Below, in pieces: positions 30,617 to 47,083 of a stretch of 64,000 nucleotides of DNA. The notes below the pieces were generated by a model, which saw only the letters and a program-made list of their open reading frames with translations, ran no database searches and was not told the origin of the DNA. This stretch comes from the human T2T-CHM13v2.0 reference genome, Homo sapiens, in assembly GCF_009914755.1 (NCBI RefSeq), contig NC_060936.1; one strand, given 5' to 3'. The number at the start of each line of letters is the position of its first letter. The stretch's first letter is position 1. Both the position numbers and the translations under genes were made by a program.

Positions 30617-32459
30617 AAGTTCTGAGATTCTTTCCTCAGCTTGGTGTATTCTGCTGTTAACACTTGCAACTGCATTGTGAAATTCTTGTAGTGTGTTTTT
30701 CAGCTCTGTCAGATCAGTTAGGTTCTTTTTTATGCTGGCTATTTTGTCTGTCAGCTCCTGTATAGTTTTATTGTGGTTCTTATTTTCCTTGGATTGGGGT
30801 TTGCCATCCTCCTGAATTTTAATTTTAATTATCTTTGTTTTTCCTATATTCCGAATTCTATTTTTGTCATTTCAGCCAGATCAGTCTGGTTAAGAATCCT
30901 TGTTGGAAAATTAGTGTGGTCATTTGGAGGACATATGGCACTCTGGCCATTGAGTTACTGGAGTTCTTGTATTGCCTTCTTTCTCATCTCTGCATGTGGG
31001 TGTTCCTTTAACTGCAGCGTAGATTGAGTATAGTCAATAGACTTCTTTTCTGGATGTTTTCACAGGGCTGAAGCTTTGTGCAGGGTTTTTATTTGTGGCT
31101 AACTTCTTGTCTTTGGTTTTACAGGGGAGTATGTTACCTAGACATTTTTGGTGTTGAAGCTTTGGGGTATGATCCAGTAGGTGGCGCTTAGGCATAGTGG
31201 TCAGTTGGTAGGCTCTTGCTCAGTTGTGTGGTTCCCCTGTATTTCCTCACAGTTGCAGCCATGTTCCCTCTCAATGCTCTGAAATCAAGGGCCCCTCTTC
31301 CACTTGAGCGCTGGCTGTAAATTGCGGCTTGGCACTCCCAGGCTGTCCACCAGAGCTCTGGGGTGAACTCAAGGTTTATGTTTCCTCCCCAACTTAGAGG
31401 CAGCAGAGGAAGGAACCTTAGCAGTGGTTGTAGCCGATGGTCTTTTATTTGTATCCTAGGGGCTCCACCCCAGAGAAATGCAGGTCAGCAATCGCTCAGT
31501 GCAATCAGCCTAGGATGGGTCTGTGCTGTGGGCCCAAGCCTGGAGTTCCCTTTCCTGCACTCCATCTTTCTTGTAGGTGGAACCCCCAGGGGCAACCAAA
31601 GCCTCTCTGCCACTGCTTCTGCCTTTGTTACTCTGAGAGTGGCAGGGGTAATACCACTGCAGAGGCAGTGGCAGAGAGGCTTTTGGTTGCCCCTGGGGGT
31701 TCCACCTCTGTGAAGCAGAGCTGCTCTTATTGGGAGTGTTCAGCCAGTGGGGAGGGGCAGGTGCAGTGCTGGCACATGAGCTTGGGGCTCTGCTTGTTTG
31801 GCAGCAGGGGGTCAATGGTTCACTGGGAGGAGAGACTGGTTTCCTCTCCATATGACTGTGGCATGCTGTAAGCTCAGATGTAGCCCTCAGGTTCTTTGTT
31901 TCTTCTTCAGACTGAGGGCAGCAGGGATAGAACCAGTGACGAAGGGGCTGTAACATGTCTCTACAAGCCTCTCCTCAGGCCACTACCAGTGGATATGTTC
32001 AGCCATGGGTGGAGTGGCTGTTCTGCAGTCATGAGCCAGGGGCCCTGCCTGGTGAAGAGTGTGGGGTGGGGATTCCCCTGGAAGAGGGGCTGGGCTCCTC
32101 TCTATAGCGTGGCTGTGGTGTGCTGGAAGTGCCAGCATAATGACTAAGCCCCTTGTTCCTTCCCAAGCACGAGGGCTGTTGGAACTGTACCACTGCAGCT
32201 GCAGCGAAGGAGGGTTTGTGGGTTGGCTCTGCGATTTCCTCCTGGGAGAAGTGCTGAGCTGGCTCTGATTGAAGTGATCAGGCAGGGTCAGGGTGGTTGT
32301 GTTGGGGGTTGGATAGCCCTGCCCAGTGAGAAGTGAGGACTGGGACCTGTATGGGGAACAATCTGACCATTTTTCCATGGGGTTGTTGCTCTGTGCTGGG
32401 GATCTGGACCAGTCCCTGATCCTCACAGACTCTCCAGAGCCTGGAGACACCAAGGGCAA

Positions 32460-33320
32460 GGGCTGCAAGACAGCCACCATGGCAACCTGCCCCTACCATG
32501 GGGAGCTCTGCCCAGGGAGTTACAGAGCTGCTATTGGCTCTATAGCCTCAGCAGAGGGTAGTTGGAGACCCAAGCCAAGAGGACCTGCCCAGTGAGGAGC
32601 TACACGACTGGGGACCACATAACAGTCTGGCCACTTTTCCACAGGGCTGCTGCAGTATGCTGGGGGTCCACTCCAGTCCCCAGTGGCCTTGAATTTTCCA
32701 GTATCTAAAGATATCAACAGTGAAGGCTGCAAAACAGCAAAAAGGTGGCCTGCCCCTCCCTCTGGGAGCTCCATCCCAGGGAGGTCGGACCTGTTACCAA
32801 CCTGAACACACCTGCAAGAAGTGGTTGGAGACCCCAATCAGGAGATCCCACCCAGTAAGGAGGTATAGGATCAGGGACCCATGTAAAAAAGCAGCCTGGC
32901 TGCTTTTCCTCAAGATAGTTGTGCTTTTCTGGGGATCCACTACATCCCCTGGTCACCATGGACTCTAATGCCTGAAGGCAGCTAAGGCTGCTAAAGAGCA
33001 AAGATGGTGGCCTGCCCCTCCCTCTGGGAGCTACATCTCAGGGAGGGGTTGGAACTGCTGTCAGCCAGAAAACACCAGTGGGGGTGACAGGAGGTCCTGG
33101 TCAGGAGATTCTACCCAGTGAAGAGAAATGGGATTTGGGATCCACATGAAAAGCAGTCGGCTGCTGCTTTGCAGAGCTGCTATGCTGGACTGGGGGTCCG
33201 CTCCAGCCTCCAGTCACTTCAGACTCCTAGAGTCCAAAGGCAACAATTGCTAAGGCTGTAAAACAACAAAGATGTGGCCCACCCCGCCCTCTGGGAGCTT
33301 CATCTCAGGGAGGTGTAACG
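32460..33320 (-). repeat. About four diverged ~260-bp tandem units in the L1 5'UTR
   Basis: aaggctg...gatgg/gtggcctgcccctccctctgggagct..at.(c/t)cagggagg recurs near 32460, 32723, 32984 and 33251. Confidence 0.8.
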
Positions 33321-34119
33321 GTTATTATTGGTGACTGGCTGGGTTCCCAAGCCGGTGGGTCTTATCCAGTGAGGTGCCTGTAGTCCATCGCTGCTCACTC
33401 CCCTGGATTCAGCCCCTTTCCTATGGGTAGGTACGAGGATCTAACCTCTCACTTTGAAAGAGCTGCAGCTACTTTTTGACAGGAAGCTGGATATCTAAGG
33501 CTCCCAGGGCTCCACATGTGCCTGAGTGGCTACTCTGCAGAGACATTATGTAGCTCTGCATGTCAAACTGAAGGTTTGGGTAGAGTGGGTCCATGAAGGG
33601 ATCTCCTGACCTGAGGGTTGCAAAGATCTGTGGTAGAACAGTGGGTCTCTGCAGTCACTTCCTCATTCAGTCAACACTTCTCTAGGCAAGGGAGGCTCCC
33701 CTGGTTCCATGGCACTCCTAGGTGGGCAGTTACCCTGCCTTGCTTTTCTCCATTCTTCATGAGTCAAATTGTTTCCTTGATGAATCCCAATGTGTGTACC
33801 TGGATGCTTCCGGTGTACACATTGTACCGGAAGTACAATGTGCTGTATTTACTCACCCCTTCTATTTCTCTTAGATTGGCACAACGTAGCTGCTACTAGT
33901 CAGCCATCTTGGCTAACCCCCTCACCACCACTTTTTTTCTTACTAATAATTCTCTGCTATCACAAAATATGAAATAGTATATCACACATGACACTTTTGA
34001 CACATTTATAAAGTGTCTGTTTTGCACTGAAAAAAAATCTGCTTTCTATAATGGTGAAAAATATTTATGTTTTCCCAAAGCACTGCATTGCATAAAATAA
34101 AAATTGGTTTCATTTCCCA

Positions 34120-34235
34120 TTTGTACTGAGTGATCTTCAAAGTGTCTTACCAGTTCACTGTGTTTCATCTTCTCTGTGAATAGTTCATTAAATACTCTTC
34201 TGCTCTGAAGTAGTTTATCCAATCATCCACCGCTC
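34120..34235 (-). pseudogene. SULT pseudogene last coding exon (3' boundary approximate)
   Basis: tttccaatctatccAG|GA. Reads (G)AVDDWINYF-(fs)-RRVFNELFTEKMKHSELVRHFEDHS, matching the SULT C-terminal GxxGDWxNxF...F.E.F.EKM pattern. Phase 1 matches the preceding FRK-G exon. Confidence 0.82.
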
Positions 34236-35990
34236 CTGGATAGATTGGAAATGTATTAGACAAGAACCAATTTAAATGTATTGTATTCACAAAAGAAATC
34301 TGCCAGTTTTAAAATAAAATGTGAACATCTTGTATCTCTTGGTGCCAAGATGATAGGGGATTATTCTTTATTTACTTATCTGTTGTTTCTAATTTCTTCT
34401 GTAATGGTTGTATATTATGCAGTTTAAAAAGTTATTTCTGGAAAAAAAGGCAGATTAAAAATACATGAATGTCATAGGTTTTACTCTAACAGGCAAAGTT
34501 TCTCACCTAAACTTAATAAAATCATAAAGCGGGCAATATGGACATAATGATGTTTCGTTTATTTCCCAACTTGCACATCTCCACAGCAGAAGCTGTGCTG
34601 ATGACTGGAGGGTGGCGGTAATTAGTCTAATTTTAAAGACATTTATTTTACAACATGATATTGAAAACATAAGTGCCAAGTTATATAAACACAAACAAAA
34701 TTTACTTGTGTGATATCCTCACTTTCAATATAAAGTGTTGGGTGATTGAGATAAGATATACACTTCACATAGTCCATCAGCCTCTCTTGATCATACAAAT
34801 CATCTCTCTCAGCCTTGGCCACAGGGTCAACCACACAGGACTGCCTTTTTTGCCCCCACTATGCACACAATGCCAAACCCCAACCCTGGATCTTGCCTAC
34901 AATGGTCTTTTGCCACTTCTAGCCTCAAACTTCATCTCTGGGGTCTACCTGTACTGGAGCCAGTGATACGTTTTATCCATCCATTACAGAACATCTTCTG
35001 TTGTTCTCTATCATCTTTTCTTTCCAAATAGCTTATATGTTCATTCATGTTAGGAACTGTGATGTGCTGTTCATGTGTAATCCTGCAGAACCTCTCATCC
35101 AGTGCTGACCAGCAGCCAGCAGGTCCTGAGTAAATACCTGTGTTTTGACTGAGTGTCAGACAATTTCCCACAGCAAAAAAATACAGTAAAATCTAGGAAT
35201 TTTTGATGTTGTTGATTCCGGGTTCAAAAAACTGAGTTTAAGAAGAAGCAGAGAGAAATGACAAAAAGTAGTACCAGAGAGATCTCAGAGTAAGGAAGTG
35301 ACATTGCTCCGAAAATGCACGAATTGGGAGACAAGGCCAACTTCATGAGGTCAAAGTGCCTGGCCCATAGAAGATTAATATTAATGTCAAAGGCATACTT
35401 CAGAGATATTGCAGGTTCAGTCCCAGACCACCCCAATAAAGTGAATATTACAATAGAGTGAGTCACTTGAATTGTTTTGTTTCCCAGTGTATAAAAAGTT
35501 ATATTTACACTATACTATAGTCTATTAAGTGTGCAATAGCATTTTGTCTAATAATAAACCATGAACATACCTTAATTAAAAATACTTTATTGCTAAAAAT
35601 TACTAACAAACACCTGGGCCTTCAGCAAGTTGTAATCTTTTTGCTGATAGAGGGTTTTGACTCCATGTTGATGGCTGTTAACTGAACAGAGTGGTAACTG
35701 CTGAAGTTGAAATAGCAGTGGCATTTTCTTAAAATAAAACACTGAGTTTACACATCAATTGACTCATCCTTTCAGTAAAGATTTCTCTGAGGCATGCAAT
35801 GCTATCCAATAGCATTTTATCCACAGTAGAACTTTCAAAACTGGAGTCAATTCTCTTAAGCCCTGCTAGTGATTTGTCAGCTAAGTATATGTAATATTCT
35901 AAATTCTTGGTTGTCATTTAAACAATGTTCACAACATCTTCACCAGGAAAAACCTCTTTTTTTCTCATCCATAAGAAGCAACTCTTCATC

Positions 35991-36364
35991 TGTATTAGTC
36001 CATTTTTCATACTGCTATAAAGAACCTCCCAAGACTGGGTAATTTATAAGGGAAAGAGGTTTAGTTGACTTACGGTTCAGCATGACTGGAGAGGCCTTGG
36101 GAAACCCACAACCAGGACAGAAGGTGAAGGGGAAGCAAAGCACCTTCTTCACAAGGCACCAGAAATGAGAAGAGTGGCACAGCGAAAGGAAGAGCCCCTT
36201 ATAAAACCATCAGATCTTGTGAGAACTCACTCACTATCACAAGAACAGTATGGGGAAAACTACCCCCATGATTCAATTACCCCCACTGGGTCCCTCCCAT
36301 GACACTGGGGAGTATAACAATTCAAGGTAAGATTTGGGTAGGGACAGAGAGCCAAACCACATCA
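35991..36364 (-). mobile_element. THE1 solo LTR in Tigger1
   Basis: tgtattagtccattt...gccaaaccacatca; TSD tcatc. Confidence 0.93.
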
Positions 36365-37305
36365 TCATCTATTCAAGTTTGACCATGATATTGCAGCAAT
36401 TCAGTCACATCTTCAGGGTTCACTTTTATTTCTAGTTCTCCTGCTATTTCCACCACAACTTCAGTTTCTTTCTCCACTGAAAACTTGAACCCATCCATGA
36501 GTATTGAAATTGACTTCTTCCAAACTCCTGTTAATGTTGACATTTTGACCTCTTTCCATGAATCCCAAATGTTCTTAATGGCAATAGAATGATGAATCCC
36601 TTTCCAGAAGATTTTCAATTTACTTTGCCCAGTTACATTAGAGAAATCACTATCTATGACAGCAGTAGCCTTACGAAATGTATTCCTTAAGTAATAAGAC
36701 CTTGAAAGTTGAAATTAGTCTTTGATCCATGACTGTGGAATGAATGTTATGTTAGCAGGCATAAACAGGCATGAAAACAGCATTCATCAGCTTTTATATC
36801 ACCATCAGAGCTCTTGGGTGACCAGATGAATTGTCAACGAGCAGTAACATTTTAAAGGAATCTTTTTTTCTGAGCAGTAGGTCTCAACAGTGGGTTTCAA
36901 ATATTTAATAAATCGTGCTACAATCAGATGTGCTGTCATCCAGGCTTTGCTGTTCCATTTATAGAGCACAGGCAGAGTCGATTTACCCAAATACTTAAGG
37001 GCCCTAGAATTTTCAGAATGGTAAGTGAGCGCTGGCTTCAACATTAAGTCACCAGCAGCATTAACCCCTAACAAGAGAGTCAGCCTTTCCCTTGAAGTTT
37101 TGAAACATTGACTTCTCCACTATAGCTATGAAAATCTTAGATGGTATCTTCTTCCAACAGGAGGCTATTTCGTCTACATTGAAAATCTTGTTTAGTGTAG
37201 CCACCTTCATCAATGATCTTAATTAAATCTTCTGGATAACCTGCTGCAGCTTCTTCATTAGCACTTGCTGTTTCTCCTTGCATCTTTATGTTATAAAGAC
37301 ATCTT

Positions 37306-40187
<2,882 letters not shown>

Positions 40188-41624
40188 ATAAAGATATCTT
40201 TATGTTATAACATAAAAACAGCTTTATAACATAAAGAAAGCAGCACTTGCTGCTTCTCTGTGTGTCTTTATGTTCTAAAGATGGCTTCTTTTTTTAAACC
40301 TCTGCTTGCCTTAAACTAACCTCTGCTTGTGTTAAACTTTTCTTCTATCATTTCCTCACCTCTTTCAGCCTTCACAGAATTGAAGAAAGTTACGGCCTTG
40401 TTCTGGATTAGACTTTGACTTAAGGAAATGTGGCTGGTTTGATCTTCTCTCCAGATCAGTCAAACTTTCTACATCTCAGCAAGAAATTTGTTTCACTTTC
40501 TTATTATTTGTGTAAATAAATACTAAAGTAGCACTTTGAGTCGCCTTCAATAACTTTTCCTTTGCATTCACAGCTTGGCCAACCATTTGGTGCAAGAGGC
40601 CCAGCTTTCAGCCTGAAGGCTTTCAACATGCCTTCTTCACTAAGTTTAATCGTTTTAACTTTTGATTTAAAGTGAGTGATGTGAGACTCTTCCTTTCACT
40701 TGAGCACTTAAAAGTCATTGTAGGTTTATTGATTGTCCTAATTTCAACATTGTTGTGTCTCAGTGAACAGGCAGGCTAGAAGAAAGGGAGACAGATGTGG
40801 TGGGAACAGCTGTTTGGTGGAACAGTCTGAACACTTACAACACTTATCAATTAGGTTCACCATCTTACATGGGCACATTTCATGGCACCCATAACAATTA
40901 CAATAGTAACATCAAAGATCACTGATCACACATCACCCTAACATATATAATAATAAAAGTGTTTGAAACATTGGGAGAATTACCAAAATGTGACACAGAG
41001 ACACAAAGTGAGTGCATACTGTTGAAAAATGGCATCCATAGACTTGCTTAACACAGGGTTGCCACAAACCTGCAATTTGTAAAAAAAATAAAATAAAATA
41101 AAAACAAATACCAATATCTGCAAACTGAAATAAAGCAAAGTGCAATTTATGAGGTGTGCCTGTGATTGTCAACATTCTTTGGTCCTTTCTGGTTCTGCCG
41201 TCTGGCTTCTATATTATTCACCTGAAATCTTACTTCATTTGACCTGACTCTTTTTCTTTGCCCTGTTTTTAATTTGTTCTTTCGCCTTACCATTTTTTTC
41301 CTTTTTTTAAAGAAAAACTATTTTAAAAAATAATATCACAATTGTATATGTAGGTTATGGAAAATTATATAAGCAAAAGATGAAATAGAGTAAATACACT
41401 CAGCTAACATGGCTTACAGACCTGCTAACATGCATTCTTCCAGATGTTTCTCTTTGCAGACACACACACACATATATAAACTACATTTAAAAATCACACA
41501 ATTTCAACCTGCTTTTTTTGCTTATTATACTTTGATTATCTTCAATGTTAACATTAATATGTGTATATACACACACACGCAAATATATGGTTCAGTAGAG
41601 CAAGATGAGTAACCAGTAGGTCAA

Positions 41625-42295
<671 letters not shown>

Positions 42296-42299
42296 TGTT

Positions 42300-42475
42300 T
42301 GAATTCAAAACTTGACTACCTTCTACTAGCTCTGTGACTTTGGACAAATTATTCAGGTGCCTGACATCTCAGCAAAGTGTGGATAGCATGAATGTCATCC
42401 TCAAGCCTGCTGCCATGTTTAAGATAAACCAAGTACTGTGCCTGGCACATAAGAAGCACTCAATAAAAGCTAGTT
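42300..42475 (+). mobile_element. MIR
   Basis: actagctctgtgactttggacaaatt...gtgcctggcacataagaagcactcaataaa. Confidence 0.7.
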
Positions 42476-42759
42476 ATACAATTTTCTATATTTTTCATGA
42501 CTTCATACTGAGTCCCCATATGGTTGCGTCTTAACAGTTTTTGATTAATGGTCATTTAAGGGCATTCTAGGTTTTCATTGTTATAAGCAATATTGCAAGA
42601 TGCATCCAGTCCTTATGTCCTTCCATCCACCTGTAATTCTTCCCCTGATTTTTAATATGTATGGGACCTGAAACTTGTGACACCTGTGTTCTCACCTCTC
42701 ACCTTATCTCCATGACGACTATAATCGCTTTCTTTTAAAAAAAAGTGTTTAATTACTTA

Positions 42760-43060
42760 CTTTTTATTTTTGTAGAGATTAGGTCTCACTATGTTGCCCA
42801 GGCTGGTCTTGAATTCCTGACCTCAAGCAATCCTTCCATCTCAGCCTCCCAAAGTGCTAGAATTACAGTCGTGAGCCACTGCTCCCAACCGACTTTATTG
42901 AATATCAGCTCTATTTCTGACATCAGAGTAAAGAGAACTGCAGGCATGCCTGTAATCCCAGCACTTTGGGAGGCCAAGGCAGGAGGATCACTTGATGCCA
43001 GAAGTTCAAGTCCAGCCTGGGCAACATAGTGAGACCCCCATAAAAATAAAAAATAAAAAA
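42760..43060. mobile_element. Two Alu monomers in inverted orientation (42760-42889 minus; about 42946-43060 plus)
   Basis: FLAM/left-arm-like units about 55 bp apart. Confidence 0.85.
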
Positions 43061-43809
43061 TAAGAGAACCACAAGCATAAATTCTTCGTAAAGCGTGGAG
43101 TAACTCTGTGAGCGAAGGAGTCTGAATCAATGACTTCAGTAATTTATTTGAAATAATTATTCTCACATGATAGGTCCCTAACTCCCACCCCATCCAATCA
43201 ATCAATGAAAAGAGTGAAGCAAATGGGCTTTATTGGTTCATCCTTGTGTTTAATTCTGCAACAGGTGCTCAGGTGATAACTGTCAGTGAGGGTGTTTCCA
43301 CTTGTAACCTTCCGTGATTAGATCCAGCACAAGAAAAACACTTATTAGATAGAATTTCAATGCATTAGAACTAAAGTCACCAGCTACAATCATGTCGATA
43401 TGATTTCACCTGAGGATATTTACCAGGGTTACTAGTGCGGCAGGCCAGAGATTAACTCTCTTCCTATTAGAGTAAAATTACCCAAGTTTGTAGGATACGA
43501 TGCGTGAATCACAATTATTTTGCTCATCCAAATCTCAAAGAGCAGTGATAACTGGTGTCAACAGTGACACCAAACACCACTGAGCATCAGAACTTCTTCA
43601 TTTCTCACTGTCCTCTTTACCAGGGTCCCTCCCAATCTCTTTATCTCCCCTTTGCTTATTTTGCCTTCCTTCACGTGTTCTTTTCTAAAGTCTGTCTTCC
43701 CTTCATCTTCTCTCCCCAACCACTCCTAATCTTTGCCTTGACCCTGCCTCTCTCTCTCTCTCTCGAGCTCCCACGTCGTCTTGTCCCCATCGTCTACTCT
43801 CAAACTTCT

Positions 43810-44510
43810 TGAAAGAGTGCCATTGCAAAATTATAACTGAGACTGTGAAAGAGATCTGACCTAACCAGCTCCATCTTGCTTCTAACCTCCAAGCTGTCTT
43901 TGTTCATTCCTGGGTGTAGGCTGAACAAATTTGGGGAATAACTTAGTTTATGGTTTAAAACAAAGACAGTAACAGCCCTTTCCCAAAACAGACCTCCTTC
44001 TTGCTTGGAGACTAGACTGCCTTTGTAGGACTAACAAATTACCTATAAGATTGGAAATTATGTTTTAGGGGTCATGCAGCTGGAGGCTACAATATTCTGA
44101 CCCTTCCTAAACTGCTCCTAAGGTCAGTACTTGAGATATTATGCAGACGCTGCATTGACGGGTCAGCTGGCACCACCCAGATCGATAACTGGCTCATCTG
44201 ATCTTGTGCCCCCCACCCAGGAACTGACTCAGTGCAAGAGGACAGATTCAATTCCCTATGATTTCATCTCTGACCCAATTTTCATGACTTCATACTGAGT
44301 CCCTATATGGTTGTGTCTTAACAGTTTTTGATTAATGGTCATTTAAGTGCATTCTAGGTTTTCATTGTTAAGAGCAATATTGCAAGATGCATCCATTCAG
44401 CACTCTCGACTCACTGGCTTTCCCCCAACCCACCAAATTATCTTTAAAACTTTAATTCCCAAATTTTCAGGGAGACTGATTTGAGTAATAATAAAACTCC
44501 ACTCTGCCAT
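43810..44510 (+). mobile_element. LTR8 solo LTR carrying a 117-bp foreign insert
   Basis: ccattgcaaaattataactgagactgtgaaagagatctgacctaacc...gagactgatttgagtaataataaaactcc. Confidence 0.88.
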
Positions 44511-44846
44511 AAAAACAAATAAAGAAACAACTACTTGGAAGAGCAGTCCTTATTGCTGCTCCCCTCTTCACATCTCATCTCTTCAAACTCCTCAACGTGG
44601 CTTCCATCTCTATTGCTGTAGATGCTGTGCTCTCAGAATTCAGGAATGATAAACCAATAGCCATATGTGATCCTGGTTTTCCTCCTAATTCTGGCTGATC
44701 TTTTCTTCTTGAAGCTTTTCTTGGACTGTTTCATTCCCATTGACGTTAGGGTCTCCAGCACTCCATCTTCTATCACATTCTTCACTAGCTCTTCCCACTT
44801 GCCTTGACAATTTTACCTAATTCCACGACAAGCTGATGGCTCCTAA

Positions 44847-45271
<425 letters not shown>

Positions 45272-45827
45272 TAAACCTCAGGAATTAGTGAGAACGATTT
45301 ATTTCCTTCTCTTTGTGTTTTCATGTGAGGAACTTCCCTAGATAGCAATCCCAGCTTTTCTCCTAACCTCTACTTATTTCTGGAGGGTAATTTTGCAGGT
45401 TGGTGAGTTGAGAGAAATGTACCATTCATACTCCTCAGCTCCCTTCTGTCTCCTGAAAAACAAGTGTCTTATAGGGCTCCCTACCACAGTCTGGTGACTG
45501 GCCCCAGTGGGAGAAAGGCCTGCATTCAATTGACTGTAACTAAGTGGATATGTTTGTAAAATTCAGGGTAAACGATAAGCAAACACACTAGGCTGCAGAC
45601 TTGAGGCATAGAATTCAATAGCTTTATCATTTCCATCTTTTTGACTCCTGTGCCTCCCTCTCAATTGGTTTCTAACTGGGCATAGAAATCTCAACTCTGG
45701 AAAGAATGCAACTCAAGAATTTCGTTTAATAAACATTCACTGAAGGGTGACAATGTGGAATCCATTGCACAAGATATGGGGTGTATGAAGATGAAACGAG
45801 AAATTAAAAAGGGCAAAACTCTGGAAC

Positions 45828-46620
45828 TGAAATGGGAGAGTTCCCTTATCCCCTTTGCAGGACATGCAGCAGGGGTGTGGCTTGCTTGTTCAGTTGCCTC
45901 TGCTGCTCAAACCTCCAATAGGAGAGAGAACACATAGATAGGCAGGTGCAGAAGCCAAGGCAAGTGCTGTGGGCTCCAGCCCCATGGTAGTGTCTAAGGG
46001 TGGGTGCCTGCAGCCCCAGTGTTACAATGCTCTTTTAGCTCTGCCATCCGTAGATGGCTTAAGTTTTAACCAGCCCAGTGGACCCTCTGTCTTTTCACAA
46101 GGGTGGGGGGCTAGTGTGACAGTTTTCTGTATCCCGAGCTCTTGCCCAGCATCCCGGAAGAATCGGGTAATACACGGGCTTGAAGGATGAATGTGAGGTT
46201 TTATTGAGTGGTGGAGGTTGCTCAGCGGGATGGATGACGAGTTGGCAGGGGGATGGAGTGGGAAAATGATCTTCCCCTGGAGTTTGGCCATCCAGCTGCC
46301 GAACTCCCCTCCGACTGTCCCCAGCCGAATTCCTCTTTGCCTTCAGACATTCCTTCTCTTCTCCCTTTCTCTGCCATGCCGTTCTGCTATCCATCTGCTT
46401 GCCTGCTTGTCTCCTTGTCTCCTCGTCTGCTTCTGGAGCCTTGGGGTTTATATGGGTACAGGATAGTGGGGGCATGGTGGGCTAAAAGGCAACTTTTTGG
46501 GCACGAAAACAACAATGCCTGTTCTCACTTAGGGCTGCAGATCTTCAAGCTTGAGGATGGGGCGTTTGCCAGGGAACCACCCTCTTCTACCCAGTATCTC
46601 CCTGTCTCCTGTCCATATCA
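45828..46620 (-). mobile_element. MER50 solo LTR
   Basis: Minus-strand start tgatatggacaggagacagggagatactgggtagaagagg; 4-bp TSD gaac. Confidence 0.85.
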
Positions 46621-46675
46621 GAACTGCTTCCAAATATAGGCTGCAGACAAAGCACCACATGGCTTTCTGGCTTAC

Positions 46676-46851
46676 CTTTCCTAAATACCAGGTTCCTGCT
46701 AGATGTGAGGCACAGATGGTATGATTTGGATCACAATTTTCTTTGGCTGCGTCATTTCTCATTTCACTGAATGATATTTTCTAAGCAATTTTATTAATTT
46801 CACGTTTATACTGAGGAAAGTAGTTATTTTCTTTATGCTTTCAGAAAGATC
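46676..46851 (-). pseudogene. SULT pseudogene exon ending in FRKG, 176 bp
   Basis: tgctcAG|GAT. Reads DLSESIKKITTFLSINV-(fs)-EINKIA*KISFSEMRNDAAKENCDPNHTICA-(fs)-TSSRNLVFRK G|GTAAGC. The TAG is at 46781-46783. Confidence 0.88.
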
Positions 46852-46997
46852 CTGAGCAATAATTGAATTAAAACAGTAAGGGCAACTCTTGTCAAAATGC
46901 CAAATTAATTCCCTGAAACCTAAATTCATTGACAAATTTTGTGTTTTAACTTAATTTGATTTAAATTTTGGTTGTTGGAACATTGGGAAGGACTTAC

Positions 46998-47083
46998 TTT
47001 TTTTCATTTCTTCATGAAATATAATTTTTTTGTCACTCTTGTACTCTTCCCTTAAATATGATCAAACCAGGATCCATATACAA
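46998..47083 (-). pseudogene. SULT pseudogene exon (YGSWFDH exon), 86 bp, stop plus deletion
   Basis: cttttcttccAG|TT GTA TAT GGA TCC TGG TTT GAT CAT ATT TAA. The downstream shifted frame reads EEYKSDKKIIFHEEMKK, then GTAAGT. The TAA is at 47052-47054. Confidence 0.9.

Noticed and set aside
32460-33320. Regularly spaced ~260-bp repeats as a CRISPR-like or novel array
   Set aside because: Whole units are homologous with no unique spacers, and they lie within the 5'UTR of an old L1.
43060-43540. Minus-strand peptide-like text (DMIVAGDF...; [16 protein letters not shown]...)
   Set aside because: Multiple stops, no clean splice boundaries and no recognisable family.
46529-46780. Open 105-bp exon or ORF MRNDAAKENCDPNH...
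   Set aside because: Part of the larger frameshifted 176-bp SULT exon; its apparent AG is the premature TAG.
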